From Pedobacter sp. (GTDB taxonomy: Bacteria > Desulfobacterota > Desulfuromonadia > Desulfuromonadales > Syntrophotaleaceae), in contig JBFWJC010000002.1 in the NCBI GenBank assembly GCA_050253415.1, positions 32,001-96,000 of the forward strand: a stretch of 64,000 bases of DNA. Direction: 5' to 3'. The notes under the pieces were generated by a model. It had not been told where the DNA came from and made no database searches. It saw only the letters and a list, made by a program, of their open reading frames with translations. How positions within the stretch are numbered: the stretch's first letter is position 1; each line of letters starts with the position of its first letter. This document shows, one piece after another, positions 9,164 to 19,304 of the stretch. A program made the position numbers and the translations under genes.

Positions 9164-10000
9164 TTAATCCATAAGGTCTTTAAGGTTAAATACAACATCG
9201 AACTGCAGTAGCTTGCCGGGCTTGAATGGCAGGACTTTGGTCTTAAGAATAGCTTTTTTGAGCGAATCGTCAAAGGTCGCATCGCCGGAGGACTCGACAA
9301 ACCGATAGTTGGTCAGCGTGCCGTCGGCGCTATAGCTCACATGCACGGTGGCTTGCAGGTCACGGCGGGAAACCTGGTATTTGGAAAGACTCCAGTTTTC
9401 TTTGTAAAAGGCCTGCAGCCAGGTTTGCTGGTCCACGCCTATTTCATCCCCGCTGCCATCGGGCATGCCCAGGGGGGCACCGGAACCGTAGCTTTTGCCG
9501 GTGGGAGCGTCCCCTGATAATGCAGCGATTTTGTTTTTCAGGTCGGCCAGTTCCTGCTGCCGTTGCTGATTCTGGCGCATGGCGGCAATTTTATCCTGAA
9601 CGCTCTGCTCTGCATGCTGGACCGCCTCGGTCGGTTTGGCAGGTTTGCTGCTGTCTTTCACAGGAGCAGGTTTCGTCACGGCTGGTTTGCTGGCGACCGA
9701 TTTTGGTTTTGATGTGCGCGGCTCTGGCTTGGGGGCCGGCTGAGGAGCAGGTGCCGCTGGTTTCGGCTTGGCGGCCGGTTTGGCTTTCGGCGCAGTCCCG
9801 CCGTCAGGGCGTCCGGCCTGGGGATTGAGGACCGGCATTTTGCTCAGGTCCACATAATAGACAGGCCGCTTGTCGATGTGTGTTCCCCCGAAAAAAACGC
9901 CGGAAAACAGCACGAAAACCACGATGTGCAGGGCCAGGGAGATAACCAGCAGCCAAAACAGACTTGGTTCATTGCGGGAGTATAACGGTGGTGTTGTCAC
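9164..10000 (-). CDS. tolA: TolA/TonB-like energy transducer
   Basis: SLALH TM anchor, Pro/Lys-rich linker, C-terminal SSGDATFD; lies between tolR and tolB; start approximate. Confidence 0.8.
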   Translation of the reverse strand: MTTPPLYSRNEPSLFWLLVISLALHIVVFVLFSGVFFGGTHIDKRPVYYVDLSKMPVLNPQAGRPDGGTAPKAKPAAKPKPAAPAPQPAPKPEPRTSKPKSVASKPAVTKPAPVKDSSKPAKPTEAVQHAEQSVQDKIAAMRQNQQRQQELADLKNKIAALSGDAPTGKSYGSGAPLGMPDGSGDEIGVDQQTWLQAFYKENWSLSKYQVSRRDLQATVHVSYSADGTLTNYRFVESSGDATFDDSLKKAILKTKVLPFKPGKLLQFDVVFNLKDLMD

Positions 10001-10043
10001 AGTCGTATCGGCCTTTGCGGCATGGCAAGGTGCAAGTAAATGT

Positions 10044-10478
10044 TCAACGGCGTTTGGCCGGTTCCGGGGGTTGCGAAACCATCCCCAATTTGTCGATGCC
10101 GGCACCCTTGATGGCAGCCATGACCTGCACAACCTTGCCGTAAGCGACGTCGCGGTCGGCCTGCAGAAAGACTTCCTTGTCTTTGCGGCCTTCCATGATC
10201 TGGCGCAGTACCGGCATCAGCTTGTCGGGGCCGGGGATGCTGGTTTTGCCGATGGAGATGGCGCCACTTTTATCGACGGTGACCACCAGCGGTTCCTTGC
10301 CCGCAGCTAACCCGGGGGCGTCGGATACTTCCGGCAGGTTGACTTCCACGCCTTGCTCAAGCATCGGAGCGGTAACCATGAAGATGATCAGCAGGACCAG
10401 CATGACGTCAACCAACGGGGTGACGTTGATTTGCGACAAGGTGGAGCGTGCCGAGCCGTTGCGTTGGCCTACTTCCAT
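10044..10478 (-). CDS. tolR: TolR
   Basis: INVTPLVDVMLVLLIIFMVTAP and ADRDVAYG. Confidence 0.93.
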   Translation of the reverse strand: MEVGQRNGSARSTLSQINVTPLVDVMLVLLIIFMVTAPMLEQGVEVNLPEVSDAPGLAAGKEPLVVTVDKSGAISIGKTSIPGPDKLMPVLRQIMEGRKDKEVFLQADRDVAYGKVVQVMAAIKGAGIDKLGMVSQPPEPAKRR

Positions 10479-10479
10479 G

Positions 10480-11151
10480 TCAGCTCCTTCGCAGCATGCG
10501 GCCGACGATATTCAGGAACTCCTGGCAGAAGCTGTCCATATCGCCGGTCAGGACGTTGACCTTGCTGACAAAGTGGTTGTAGGCAACAACCGCGGGGATG
10601 GCGGCTACCAGGCCAATGGCGGTGGCAACCAGTGCCTCGGAGATGCCGGGGGCGACGACCGCCAGGGAAGCGCTGCCGGTTTGGCCAATACCGTGAAACG
10701 AATCCATGATCCCCCATACGGTACCGAACAGACCGATAAACGGCGCAGTCGAACCGGTGGTGGCAAGAAACGGCAAATACCGCTCCAGACGCTGAGTTTC
10801 CTGGTTGGTGGCGCGCCGCAGGGCTCGGGCGACATTGTCCGCCTGGCCCATCTCTGCGCTGAACGGGGTCGGCTCGTCGCCGTTGTTCTCGCGCTGGTTG
10901 CGCATCAGTTCCTGATAGCCATCCCGAAACAACACAGCAGTCGGGGCATGGGGGAAATCCTTCAGGTTTTTACTGATGGTGTCGAGGCGGCGTTTGTTCC
11001 AGAAGAATTGCTGAAATCGCCCGGAGTCGCCGATCGCGCTATAGATAACCCGAAACTTCAAAAAGATGATTGCCCAGGAAAGCAGGGAAAACCCGATAAG
11101 TATAAGCAGAACCAGTTTGACTACCAGTCCGGCGCCGGAAATCAGCTCCAA
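10480..11151 (-). CDS. tolQ: TolQ
   Basis: LATTGSTAPFIGLFGTVWGIM and VAPGISEALVATAIGL; TTG 11151 after GGAGG. Confidence 0.93.
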   Translation of the reverse strand: MELISGAGLVVKLVLLILIGFSLLSWAIIFLKFRVIYSAIGDSGRFQQFFWNKRRLDTISKNLKDFPHAPTAVLFRDGYQELMRNQRENNGDEPTPFSAEMGQADNVARALRRATNQETQRLERYLPFLATTGSTAPFIGLFGTVWGIMDSFHGIGQTGSASLAVVAPGISEALVATAIGLVAAIPAVVAYNHFVSKVNVLTGDMDSFCQEFLNIVGRMLRRS

Positions 11152-11344
11152 GGTGTTACCTCCATGCGTGGGGAAGAAATCTGAAAGTTGTTTCCTCAAG
11201 TGAGTTTATCGTGGAAACGCGTAGATTATTCATGAACCTTTGATGCAAGTCAACTGGCATCATCGCAGTGTCCGGTGTGCATGAGCACGGACTTGTGTCT
11301 TCTGCCTGAGTCGATATGCTCATAGAAAAAGCAAGGAGGATGCC

Positions 11345-12556
11345 ATGCTTGCCTTGACGCAGATTCGGGAAGCGGCAGCTGCGCTGCGGGGCAGGTTCTG
11401 TCGCACGGAACTGATTCATTCCCACTATTTTTCCGAACAGATCGACTTGCCGGTCTATTTCAAGTGTGAAAACCTGCAGCGCTCCGGATCGTTCAAAGTG
11501 CGGGGGGCTTTTAATTTTATGAGTCGGCAATCGGCAAGCCGTCTTGCCGCGGGTGTCGTAACCGCTTCCGCCGGCAACCATGCCCAGGGGGTGGCCCTGT
11601 CGGCGGCGCGTCTGGGCGTGTCCTCGACGGTGGTGATGCCCGAAAATACGCCTTTGGCCAAAATGCAGGCCACGCGTGCTTATGGCGCCGAGGTGGTGAT
11701 GCATGGCACGGTGTTTGACGAGGCTCTGGAGGAAGCTTTGCGTCTGAAAAAAGAGCACGGTCTGTTGTATGTGCCGCCCTTTGACGATTTGCTGGTCATG
11801 GCCGGCCAAGGGACCGTGGGGCTTGAGATTGTTGAGGACCTGCCCTGTGTCGATACGGTACTGGTGCCTGTCGGTGGTGGCGGATTGATTGCCGGAGTGG
11901 CAACCGCCATCAAAGCACTCAGGCCTGCTGCGCGGATTATCGGGGTAGAAGCCGAAATGGCTGCGTCGGCCGTGGCTTCGCGTCGTCAGGGGTGTGTTGT
12001 CAGTTTGCCCGCCGCTCATTCTCTTGCAGACGGCATTGCACTGAAGCGTATAGGTGAGAAGACTTTTCCGATCATTGAAGCCTTGGTTGACGAGCTGGTG
12101 ACGGTCAGTGAAGAACGGATTGCCCTGGCTATTGTGGCGTTGATGGAAAAGACGCGACTGGTGGTGGAAGGTGCCGGCGCTGTCGGGTTGGCGGCTTTGC
12201 TGCACGCAGCGCGTCCGCTGGTGCGCGGGAACACTGTGTGTTTGTTGTCGGGAGGCAACATCGATGTGCAGACCATAGCCCGGGTGGTGGATCGGGGCCT
12301 GGTGGCGGCCGGACGTTATCTCAAGTTGCGGGTCGAGCTCAACGATGCCCCCGGATCTCTGGGGCAACTGGCGCATTTATTGGGTGAGTGCCGTGCCAAT
12401 ATCTATCATGTCAGTCATGATCGACACCGGCTCGGTGTGCCGATGGGGCGGGCCGAGGTGCATCTGGAGCTTGAAACGCGCGGGCCGGAGCATATTCGGG
12501 AGATCCTGGCAGCGCTGGAAAAGGCCGCCTATCGGGTGGGGCGGATGGAAGGCTGA
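11345..12556 (+). CDS. ilvA: Threonine ammonia-lyase with a single C-terminal ACT domain
   Basis: KCENLQRSGSFKVRGA (PLP Lys), SAGNHAQG, VGGGGL, LSGGNID. Confidence 0.9.
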   Translation: MLALTQIREAAAALRGRFCRTELIHSHYFSEQIDLPVYFKCENLQRSGSFKVRGAFNFMSRQSASRLAAGVVTASAGNHAQGVALSAARLGVSSTVVMPENTPLAKMQATRAYGAEVVMHGTVFDEALEEALRLKKEHGLLYVPPFDDLLVMAGQGTVGLEIVEDLPCVDTVLVPVGGGGLIAGVATAIKALRPAARIIGVEAEMAASAVASRRQGCVVSLPAAHSLADGIALKRIGEKTFPIIEALVDELVTVSEERIALAIVALMEKTRLVVEGAGAVGLAALLHAARPLVRGNTVCLLSGGNIDVQTIARVVDRGLVAAGRYLKLRVELNDAPGSLGQLAHLLGECRANIYHVSHDRHRLGVPMGRAEVHLELETRGPEHIREILAALEKAAYRVGRMEG

Positions 12557-13206
12557 CCAGACACGGTTTCATCAAGCAGTTGGGTTGCCAATTGGGCGGT
12601 GACGCTGTCGGGCGATCGCTGCATGAGTTGTCGCAGACTGGCGACATCGTCCACATCGTGCCACTCGGGGAGTTCGAGGCAGCTTAACTGCATGTCTAGC
12701 ATCCGTTTACGGGTTGCAGTCAACACCTCGCCGGTACTCCAGGGGATGTTCCGGAAAAGGTCCGGGGCGGGGTGGCGCAAGCCGATAAGGACGTAGCCGC
12801 CATCGCCTGCCGGTGCCAGGACTGCGTCATGATCGTTGAGCCCGGCAAAAGCCTGCCGGATGATAGCTGCAGGCAGGTCGGGACTGTCGGAGCCGATGAT
12901 CACAACCTGTCGAGCGCCGGAGGCAAAGCGTGAGGCGAACGCCTGTGCCAGGCGTTCGCCGAGATCGTCGCCGGTTTGTTCCGCCAGAGGCAAGTCCGGA
13001 AAGTTTCTGTCGAAGAACCGGCGATCCCCCTGGTAAAACAGCACCGTGCGCCAATCGCCCAACCCCGCCAGGTGTGCAGTCTCCCGCAGACTGCATTGGT
13101 ATAATCGGGCGGCCAGCTCAGGTGTCAGCGGGGGACATAGCCGGGTTTTCACCTGGCCTGGGATCGGTTGTTTGGCAAAAATACCCAGTACCGCTGTTGC
13201 TGTCAT
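12529..13206 (-). CDS. DUF2064/TIGR04282 GT-A fold transferase (CofC-like)
   Basis: FAKQPIPGQVKTRL, QTGDDLGERL, IGSDSPDL, DGGYVLIG, WHDVDD; start overlaps the folE2 stop. Confidence 0.85.
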   Translation of the reverse strand: MTATAVLGIFAKQPIPGQVKTRLCPPLTPELAARLYQCSLRETAHLAGLGDWRTVLFYQGDRRFFDRNFPDLPLAEQTGDDLGERLAQAFASRFASGARQVVIIGSDSPDLPAAIIRQAFAGLNDHDAVLAPAGDGGYVLIGLRHPAPDLFRNIPWSTGEVLTATRKRMLDMQLSCLELPEWHDVDDVASLRQLMQRSPDSVTAQLATQLLDETVSGQPSIRPTR

Positions 13207-14012
13207 GGCACCACGGGGGACTCTGTGTCTTCGGCACGGGGCGGAAATTCGACCATGGCGTAAGCCGAATGGTTGTGGATCGATTCGAAGTTTTCGCATT
13301 CCACCCGAAACCAGGTGATCTCCGGCGCCGATTTCAGTTTGAGGGTGACTGCCCGCACGATGTCTTCCACAAACATGGGGTTGTCGTAAGCCTGCTCGGT
13401 GACGGCTTTTTCATCCTCACGCTTGAGCAGTGCATAGACCGGGGCGCTGCCACATTCTTCGACCCAGCTGATAAGGTCCTCGATCCAGATGAATTTGCTC
13501 ATGCGAACTTCCACCTTGACCGCGCTGCGCTGGTTGTGAGCGCCGCGTTCGCTGATCTCCTTGGAACAGGGGCACAGGGCGGTCAGCGGGACTTCCACCG
13601 CCAGCACGAAATCCTTTTCTTCCGCCAGGGTGCCGCGCAGGCAGCAGCGATATTCCATGAGACTGCGGGCCTTGGAAACCGGTGCTTCTTTTTCGATAAA
13701 GTAGGGGAAATCCATTTCGATGTGGGCGCAGGAAGCGTCGAGGCGGTCCTTCATCTCCTGCAGCAGGCCACCCATGTTGCGCATGGTGATTTCGCCCCGA
13801 TACTGGTTGAGTATCTCCACGAAACGGCTCATGTGGGTGCCCTTGAAGTGATGGGGCAGATCGACGTACATGTTGATGCGGGCCACCGTGTGCTGCTGGT
13901 CCTTGTTTTTATCCATGACCACGATGGGATAACGGATATCCTTGACGCCAACCTTGTCGATGGCGACGTTACGCGTATCGCGCTCCATCTGCATATCGCG
14001 CATGCGGCTCAT
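13203..14012 (-). CDS. folE2: GTP cyclohydrolase IB
   Basis: [31 protein letters not shown]. Confidence 0.95.
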   Translation of the reverse strand: MSRMRDMQMERDTRNVAIDKVGVKDIRYPIVVMDKNKDQQHTVARINMYVDLPHHFKGTHMSRFVEILNQYRGEITMRNMGGLLQEMKDRLDASCAHIEMDFPYFIEKEAPVSKARSLMEYRCCLRGTLAEEKDFVLAVEVPLTALCPCSKEISERGAHNQRSAVKVEVRMSKFIWIEDLISWVEECGSAPVYALLKREDEKAVTEQAYDNPMFVEDIVRAVTLKLKSAPEITWFRVECENFESIHNHSAYAMVEFPPRAEDTESPVVP

Positions 14013-14701
14013 CGGGACACCTCCTTGACGTAAGCGGCGGGATCGGCAATCCCCACTTCGGCAAAGCCTTTCAGACGCAATTGGCAGGAGTCGCACAATC
14101 CGCAGGCCAACCCCTCCGGGGTGGGGTCGTAGCAGGAATGTGTCAGGGCGTAATCGACACCCAGGTCCAGTCCGCGCTGAATGATCTGTGCCTTGGTCAA
14201 ATGCAGAAGCGGCGCATGAACGCGGTATTGGCCTTGCCCCTCAACGCCGGCTTTGGTGGCGAGATTGGCGAGCTGCTCGAAGGCACTGATGAATTGCGGC
14301 CGGCAGTCCGGGTATCCGGAATAATCGAGGGCGTTGACCCCGATAAAAATGTCGAACGAGCCCAGCACCTCCGCCCAGCCCAAAGCAAAAGACAGGAAGA
14401 TGGTGTTGCGGGCCGGTACGTAGGTTACCGGGATGGCCTCGTCGATTTGGCGCCCTTTAGGCACTTCCTGGTCGGAGGTCAGGGCACTGCCACCGATACG
14501 GCGCAGGTCGAAATCGATAATCATATGGTCGGCGGCGCCGACTTGGGGAGCGTAAATGCGGGCTTTTTCCAGCTCCACCGTGTGCCGCTGCCCGTAATTG
14601 AAACTCAAGGCATAGGGGGTAAAGCCGGCCGCACGGGCTTCGGCCATACAGGTTGTGGAATCAAGGCCTCCGCTGTATAGAACAACTGCTTTTTTGCTCA
14701 T
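14009..14701 (-). CDS. queC: 7-cyano-7-deazaguanine synthase
   Basis: [27 protein letters not shown]. Confidence 0.96.
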   Translation of the reverse strand: MSKKAVVLYSGGLDSTTCMAEARAAGFTPYALSFNYGQRHTVELEKARIYAPQVGAADHMIIDFDLRRIGGSALTSDQEVPKGRQIDEAIPVTYVPARNTIFLSFALGWAEVLGSFDIFIGVNALDYSGYPDCRPQFISAFEQLANLATKAGVEGQGQYRVHAPLLHLTKAQIIQRGLDLGVDYALTHSCYDPTPEGLACGLCDSCQLRLKGFAEVGIADPAAYVKEVSR

Positions 14702-14750
14702 GGATGGTATTCCTTGTTGAAACGGTGTGTTCAGGATCGTCTGATGACGA

Positions 14751-16220
14751 TCAGTTGATCTCGTAATATTTGCCGGTGCCCAACTGGTGCACCTTCATCA
14801 GATTGGTCGTTCCGTAGGCTGCCACAGGGCTACCCATGGTAATGATAACAATATCCCCTTTTTGCAGCACTCCCGCCGCCAGCACGGCCTCTTCCACCGA
14901 ATGAATCTGCGATTCCGTATCCCCGGCAAAATCAACCCGGATCGATTGTACCCCGGAATAGAGGGACAGTCGTCGGCGTACTTCACGCGACGGTGTCACG
15001 GCATAAATGGGGATCTCCGGACGAAACCGCGAAACCATGGCTGCCGTCGAGCCGGTCTGGGTAAACGCCAGGATGGCTTTTGCCCCGACATGCATAGCGG
15101 TGCGGCAGGCGGCCTCGCCGATGGCATCGGACAGTCGCCGCGGGCTGCCCTGGAGTTTGGGGAAGCTGTAAAACAATTGCTGTTTGAGCAGGGCATCGCT
15201 TTCAACGCTGCGCGCCACCCGGTCCATCAAAGCGACCGCTTCGACCGGGTACTTGCCCGTGGCGGTTTCGCCCGACAACATGACCGCATCGGTTCCATCG
15301 AGAATGGCGTTGGCCACATCCGATGTTTCAGCTCGGGTCGGACGCGGGTTGTAAATCATGCTTTCAAGCATCTGGGTGGCGGTAATCACAGGCTTGCCCA
15401 TTTCATGGCAGCGCCGAATAATATGTTTCTGTATCAGAGGCACGCGTTCCGGGCTGATCTCCACTCCCAGGTCGCCACGCGCCACCATGATGGCGTCGGA
15501 CTCTTCCAGGATAGCATCAAAATCCTCGACAGCCTGGGGTTTTTCGATTTTGGCAACCACCGAAATGGTGCTGTTTTTCGTATGCAGTAAAGTTTTTAAT
15601 TGTTGCACGTCGGTTGCTTGCCGCACAAACGAAAGAGCCAGGTAGTCGAAGCCCTGGTCTACGGCAAAAGTAACGTCGTCTCGATCTTTATCTGTCAAAG
15701 ACGGAACGGACAGTGCTGCTCCGGGTAGATTGACGCCTTTGTGATCCTTCAAGGTTCCGCCGGTAAGGATGCGGCAGCGAACAGCCGTCGGCGCTGTGTC
15801 GAGGACCTCGAGTTCCAGCAATCCGTCGTCCAGCAGAATCCGGTCGCCACTGGCCACTTCCGAGGCTAGCTCCGAATAGGTCACGGGGATGCGACTGGCT
15901 TCGCCTTCGGTATCGTCGGAGGTCAGGATAACCGTATCGCCGGTTTTAAGCTGAACCATGCCGTTTTGCATGCGCCCGGTGCGGATTTTTGGTCCTTGCA
16001 GATCCCCGAGAATAGCTACCGGGATCTGGTGCTGCTTGGCCAGATCGCGGATGCGTGTGACGATCAGGGCTTTATTTTTCTGGTCCCCGTGAGAAAAATT
16101 CAAACGAAAGAGATCGGTTCCTGCTTTTATCAGCCGCTCGATGCATTCCCGTGAATCGCAGCCCGGTCCGATGGTAGCGATGATTTTGGTATGGCGGAAC
16201 ATGTTTGGATGGTCCTCCAT
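14751..16220 (-). CDS. pyk: Pyruvate kinase
   Basis: [41 protein letters not shown]. Confidence 0.97.
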   Translation of the reverse strand: MEDHPNMFRHTKIIATIGPGCDSRECIERLIKAGTDLFRLNFSHGDQKNKALIVTRIRDLAKQHQIPVAILGDLQGPKIRTGRMQNGMVQLKTGDTVILTSDDTEGEASRIPVTYSELASEVASGDRILLDDGLLELEVLDTAPTAVRCRILTGGTLKDHKGVNLPGAALSVPSLTDKDRDDVTFAVDQGFDYLALSFVRQATDVQQLKTLLHTKNSTISVVAKIEKPQAVEDFDAILEESDAIMVARGDLGVEISPERVPLIQKHIIRRCHEMGKPVITATQMLESMIYNPRPTRAETSDVANAILDGTDAVMLSGETATGKYPVEAVALMDRVARSVESDALLKQQLFYSFPKLQGSPRRLSDAIGEAACRTAMHVGAKAILAFTQTGSTAAMVSRFRPEIPIYAVTPSREVRRRLSLYSGVQSIRVDFAGDTESQIHSVEEAVLAAGVLQKGDIVIITMGSPVAAYGTTNLMKVHQLGTGKYYEIN

Positions 16221-16289
16221 TAAAATGCAAGAGACAGCCGTAAATGAAAGGACCCTGACTATCGAAGTCAGGGTCCCGAACCTGGCGGT

Positions 16290-16610
16290 TTAGTGGTGGT
16301 AGCGTCCGAGACGTTCCGTATGCGCCCGACTTGGTCCTTTGTGGCAGCGGAAGCAGGGTTCGCCCTCGACTTTCTGCTGCTGTATGGGAGACACATCGGG
16401 TGGCAGAACCGAGGTTTCCTTTTGCCAGGATTCGCGACCGTATTCGTCGGACAGGGTGACGGCTGTTGCCCGTACTTCCCAGTTGGCACTGATCGGTACG
16501 CTATGGCATTGGTCGCAACCTCCCGGGGGTGGGATGGCTTTCCATGCGCCCATCATGGCACAACCGCAAATCACAGCAGCCGGTAATAGCATCCAAAGGA
16601 ATTTTTTCAT
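16290..16610 (-). CDS. Small dihaem c-type cytochrome lipoprotein
   Basis: Two CxxCH motifs (CDQCH, CFRCH); signal peptide ending ICGC; hairpin at 16250-16277 downstream. Confidence 0.8.
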   Translation of the reverse strand: MKKFLWMLLPAAVICGCAMMGAWKAIPPPGGCDQCHSVPISANWEVRATAVTLSDEYGRESWQKETSVLPPDVSPIQQQKVEGEPCFRCHKGPSRAHTERLGRYHH

Positions 16611-17085
16611 GTGGGCAACTATCCTCTCTCGGGAAGTTTCTAAAATCGCAGCAACTATACCATAGCCTCCGACCAAGGCCAATGCGAAATAACGGCCCTT
16701 TCACGTCGGTTTGTAGCTGTCGGAGCGGCGTGTTTTTCGATTCTGCTGGTAAGGGTGAGCTTTGACCGGGGAAAATCCTCCGGAGGCATTGCCTGTTAAG
16801 CAGGCATCCCGTCGTCGCCGATTGGGAGGTAAATTTCCTGGCTGGCGAGACAAAATCGAACACCGTGCTATTATGTTGCTAAGTGAGTGAACTTGGAAGG
16901 CTTTACGCGTTGCCCTTGAAGGGTGCGTGAGGGTGGAAGTTGTGTCACAACGGAGCGTATGCGAAAAAAGTGAGACATATTGATCCGTAATGAATTACTT
17001 AAGGATGAATAACTGGGGGTCTGCACCAGTCTGTACTTCGGCCGATAGGCTGTGCCTGTCGAAGCATTTTTCCTGAAAGCTGTTA

Positions 17086-17100
17086 TGGCATTGAAATTGC
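17086..17100 (+). promoter_or_regulatory. Sigma54 (-24/-12) promoter
   Basis: TGGCATTGAAATTGC = GG-N10-GC; imperfect inverted repeat TGTGTCAC..GTGAGACA at ~16941-16977 is a candidate enhancer site. Confidence 0.7.
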
Positions 17101-17541
17101 GTTAAGGTAAAACACTGGTTTATTGATATGTGATCTTTTGGTTGAAATGTTTGGAACCTCTCTGTGTTGTGTGGGCCATATGCTGAAATTATTGGGTTTT
17201 TACGTTGTTGCCCAATTTGAAAAGACGTTCATCTTGGCTGAAAGTTTTCTCTGGAAGCAAGTTTAATGGCGCCTGTAGTCATACCGAACCGCAAACGGCA
17301 TGTTTAGCCGCGCTTAGGGTAGGAGCGCACACCCGGCTTACCGACGATTGTTCCCGCTGCATCGGGAGTTCGGTAAGAAGGGGGCAACTATGGCGGTTGC
17401 AGTTAAGTCCGAGCGAAAACCGAATGGCGGCTTCCGCTATTTTGTTTTCTGTTTCGGGCATCCCCGTGGCTAGAGGCTTTTTGGCAAGACCCGAGTTGGG
17501 TAAAAAAGAGGATTTTCAAACTTCAAAGGAGGAGTACAAAG

Positions 17542-18036
17542 ATGACCCTTGCAATTCTCATTGCTATTTCCTTAATGTGGGTACCCGTAGCCCTGTTGTT
17601 TCTTGGTTTCGGTGAAGCAAAAGGAACCGGCGCCATTACTGCATTTGTCGGTGCCTGCGTTGTAGTCAGTGCTTTTGTCCTTGCTATCCAAGGGGACGCT
17701 TTTACCGCCGGTCTGCTGTTTGCCCATGGTCTGCTGTACTGTACCGTTGCTTATGCCCTGCTTGCCGGTCTGGAAAGCATGGCTTCGGTCGGTAACGTCA
17801 GCCTTACGGTTGCCATTGTCTCTTTTATCTACATGGTGCTGTTCTACACCGTTAAGGGCAGCGGTTACTTCGCATTTGCCTGCGCCGGGTACACGGTTCT
17901 TACCCTCGAGGTGTGGTTGAACGCTTACGGCAAGTTCTCCGCCAAACTGCTGGCCTTCTCCCTGCTCATCTGGGCCGCAGTCGGATTGTACTACCCTGCT
18001 TTCATGCTGTTGGCCGGCAAGGAATTGCCTTTCTAG
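17542..18036 (+). CDS. AmiS/UreI-like small-solute channel
   Basis: 164 aa, about 6 TM; GLLFAHGLLY..VGNVSLTVA resembles the AmiS/UreI pattern; strong RBS AAGGAGG. Confidence 0.65.
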   Translation: MTLAILIAISLMWVPVALLFLGFGEAKGTGAITAFVGACVVVSAFVLAIQGDAFTAGLLFAHGLLYCTVAYALLAGLESMASVGNVSLTVAIVSFIYMVLFYTVKGSGYFAFACAGYTVLTLEVWLNAYGKFSAKLLAFSLLIWAAVGLYYPAFMLLAGKELPF

Positions 18037-18057
18037 CAGCTGCCAGAATTAAGAATG

Positions 18058-18097
18058 AAAAAAAACCGGGAGCGCAATCGCGCTCCCGGTTTTTTTA
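18058..18097. terminator. Bidirectional intrinsic terminator
   Basis: A-tract CCGGGAGCGC-aatc-GCGCTCCCGG T-tract. Confidence 0.85.
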
Positions 18098-18150
18098 TAA
18101 TTACCGAGTCTTGTGCTTTGGAGATAATCTCCGGCTACTCAGTCCGCTTA

Positions 18151-19140
18151 CTACAAACGAAGGATACTGGAACCCCATGTGAAACCAGCCCCGAAGGTAA
18201 CCAGGCCGATCAGGTTGCCTTCGCTGAGGCGACCTTCACGGCGGGCCTCGTCCAGGGCGATGGGGATGGAGGCAGCCGAGGTGTTGCCGTAGCGGTCGAC
18301 GTTGACATAGGTCTGCTCATCGGTCAATTTCAAGCGTTTGCCGAGGGCTTCGATAATACGCAAGTTGGCCTGGTGGGAAATAACCAGGTCCAGGTCTTCA
18401 ATGGCCACGCCGGAAAGTTTCAGGGCCTTTTTCATGGCTTTGCTCATACAGACCACCGCATGGCGAAAAACTTCGCGACCTTCCATGCGCATGGTATGAA
18501 GCTTTTGCTGAACATTTTCGACCGTAGGCGGATTGAGGGAGCCGCAGCCGAGATTGTAGAGCAGATTGCTATGGGTGCCATCGGCGCCGATATGGGTAGA
18601 CAGGATGCCGCGCTCTTGCTGCGAGGGTCCCACTACCACGGCTCCGGCGCCATCGCCGAACAGTACGCAGGTATTGCGGTCTTCCCAGTCGACCATGGAG
18701 GTGAGAATTTCTCCCCCGATCAGCAGTATATGCCGGTGCGTGCCGGAGCGAATCAGACTGTCGGCCAACTGCAGACCGTAGATAAAGCCGGAACAGGCAG
18801 CGCTGATATCGAAGGCTGCCGCATTACTCGCTCCGATAAGGGTCTGGACAAAGCAGGCCGTGGCGGGGAACTTCATGTCACCGGTGACCGTGGCCATAAT
18901 AATCAGGTCGATATCGGTGGCAGCAAGGTTGGCGTCTTCAAGTGCCTTTTTCGCCGCATCGGCGGCCAGACTTGAAAGGGCGGTTCCCGGTTCGACGATG
19001 TGGCGGGTGCGAATGCCGGAACGTTCAATAATCCAGGCATCGTTGGTGTCCACCATCTTTTCCAGATCTGCGTTGGTCAGGATCTTTTCGGGGATGGCGC
19101 GGCCGGTACCGAGGATCATGGCGCGCTTGCTGTTGTCCAT
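18151..19140 (-). CDS. fabH: 3-oxoacyl-ACP synthase III
   Basis: AACSGF (Cys), LFGDGAGA, HQANLRII, YGNTSAASIP. Confidence 0.96.
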   Translation of the reverse strand: MDNSKRAMILGTGRAIPEKILTNADLEKMVDTNDAWIIERSGIRTRHIVEPGTALSSLAADAAKKALEDANLAATDIDLIIMATVTGDMKFPATACFVQTLIGASNAAAFDISAACSGFIYGLQLADSLIRSGTHRHILLIGGEILTSMVDWEDRNTCVLFGDGAGAVVVGPSQQERGILSTHIGADGTHSNLLYNLGCGSLNPPTVENVQQKLHTMRMEGREVFRHAVVCMSKAMKKALKLSGVAIEDLDLVISHQANLRIIEALGKRLKLTDEQTYVNVDRYGNTSAASIPIALDEARREGRLSEGNLIGLVTFGAGFTWGSSILRL

Positions 19141-19304
19141 ACGGGTCTCCTCCTGATCTAGTAGGAAATAAACGAGCACAAAATAGCATGTTTAGCGTGA
19201 GGTCTCAAGGTATTGCGCAACGCGCATCCGTTTATCGGCGTTTAAAACGTCAACGGAACCACCCTGCCTCGCCCATTCTTCTGCAAGTGAATGGCCAACT
19301 TCGA

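Noticed and set aside
11156..12376. Long antisense ORFs (11156-12376, 12930-14033, 36453-37682, 48282-49730, 53441-54622 and others)
   Set aside because: They mirror well-supported genes on the opposite strand, as expected from GC-rich codon bias, and show no protein motifs.
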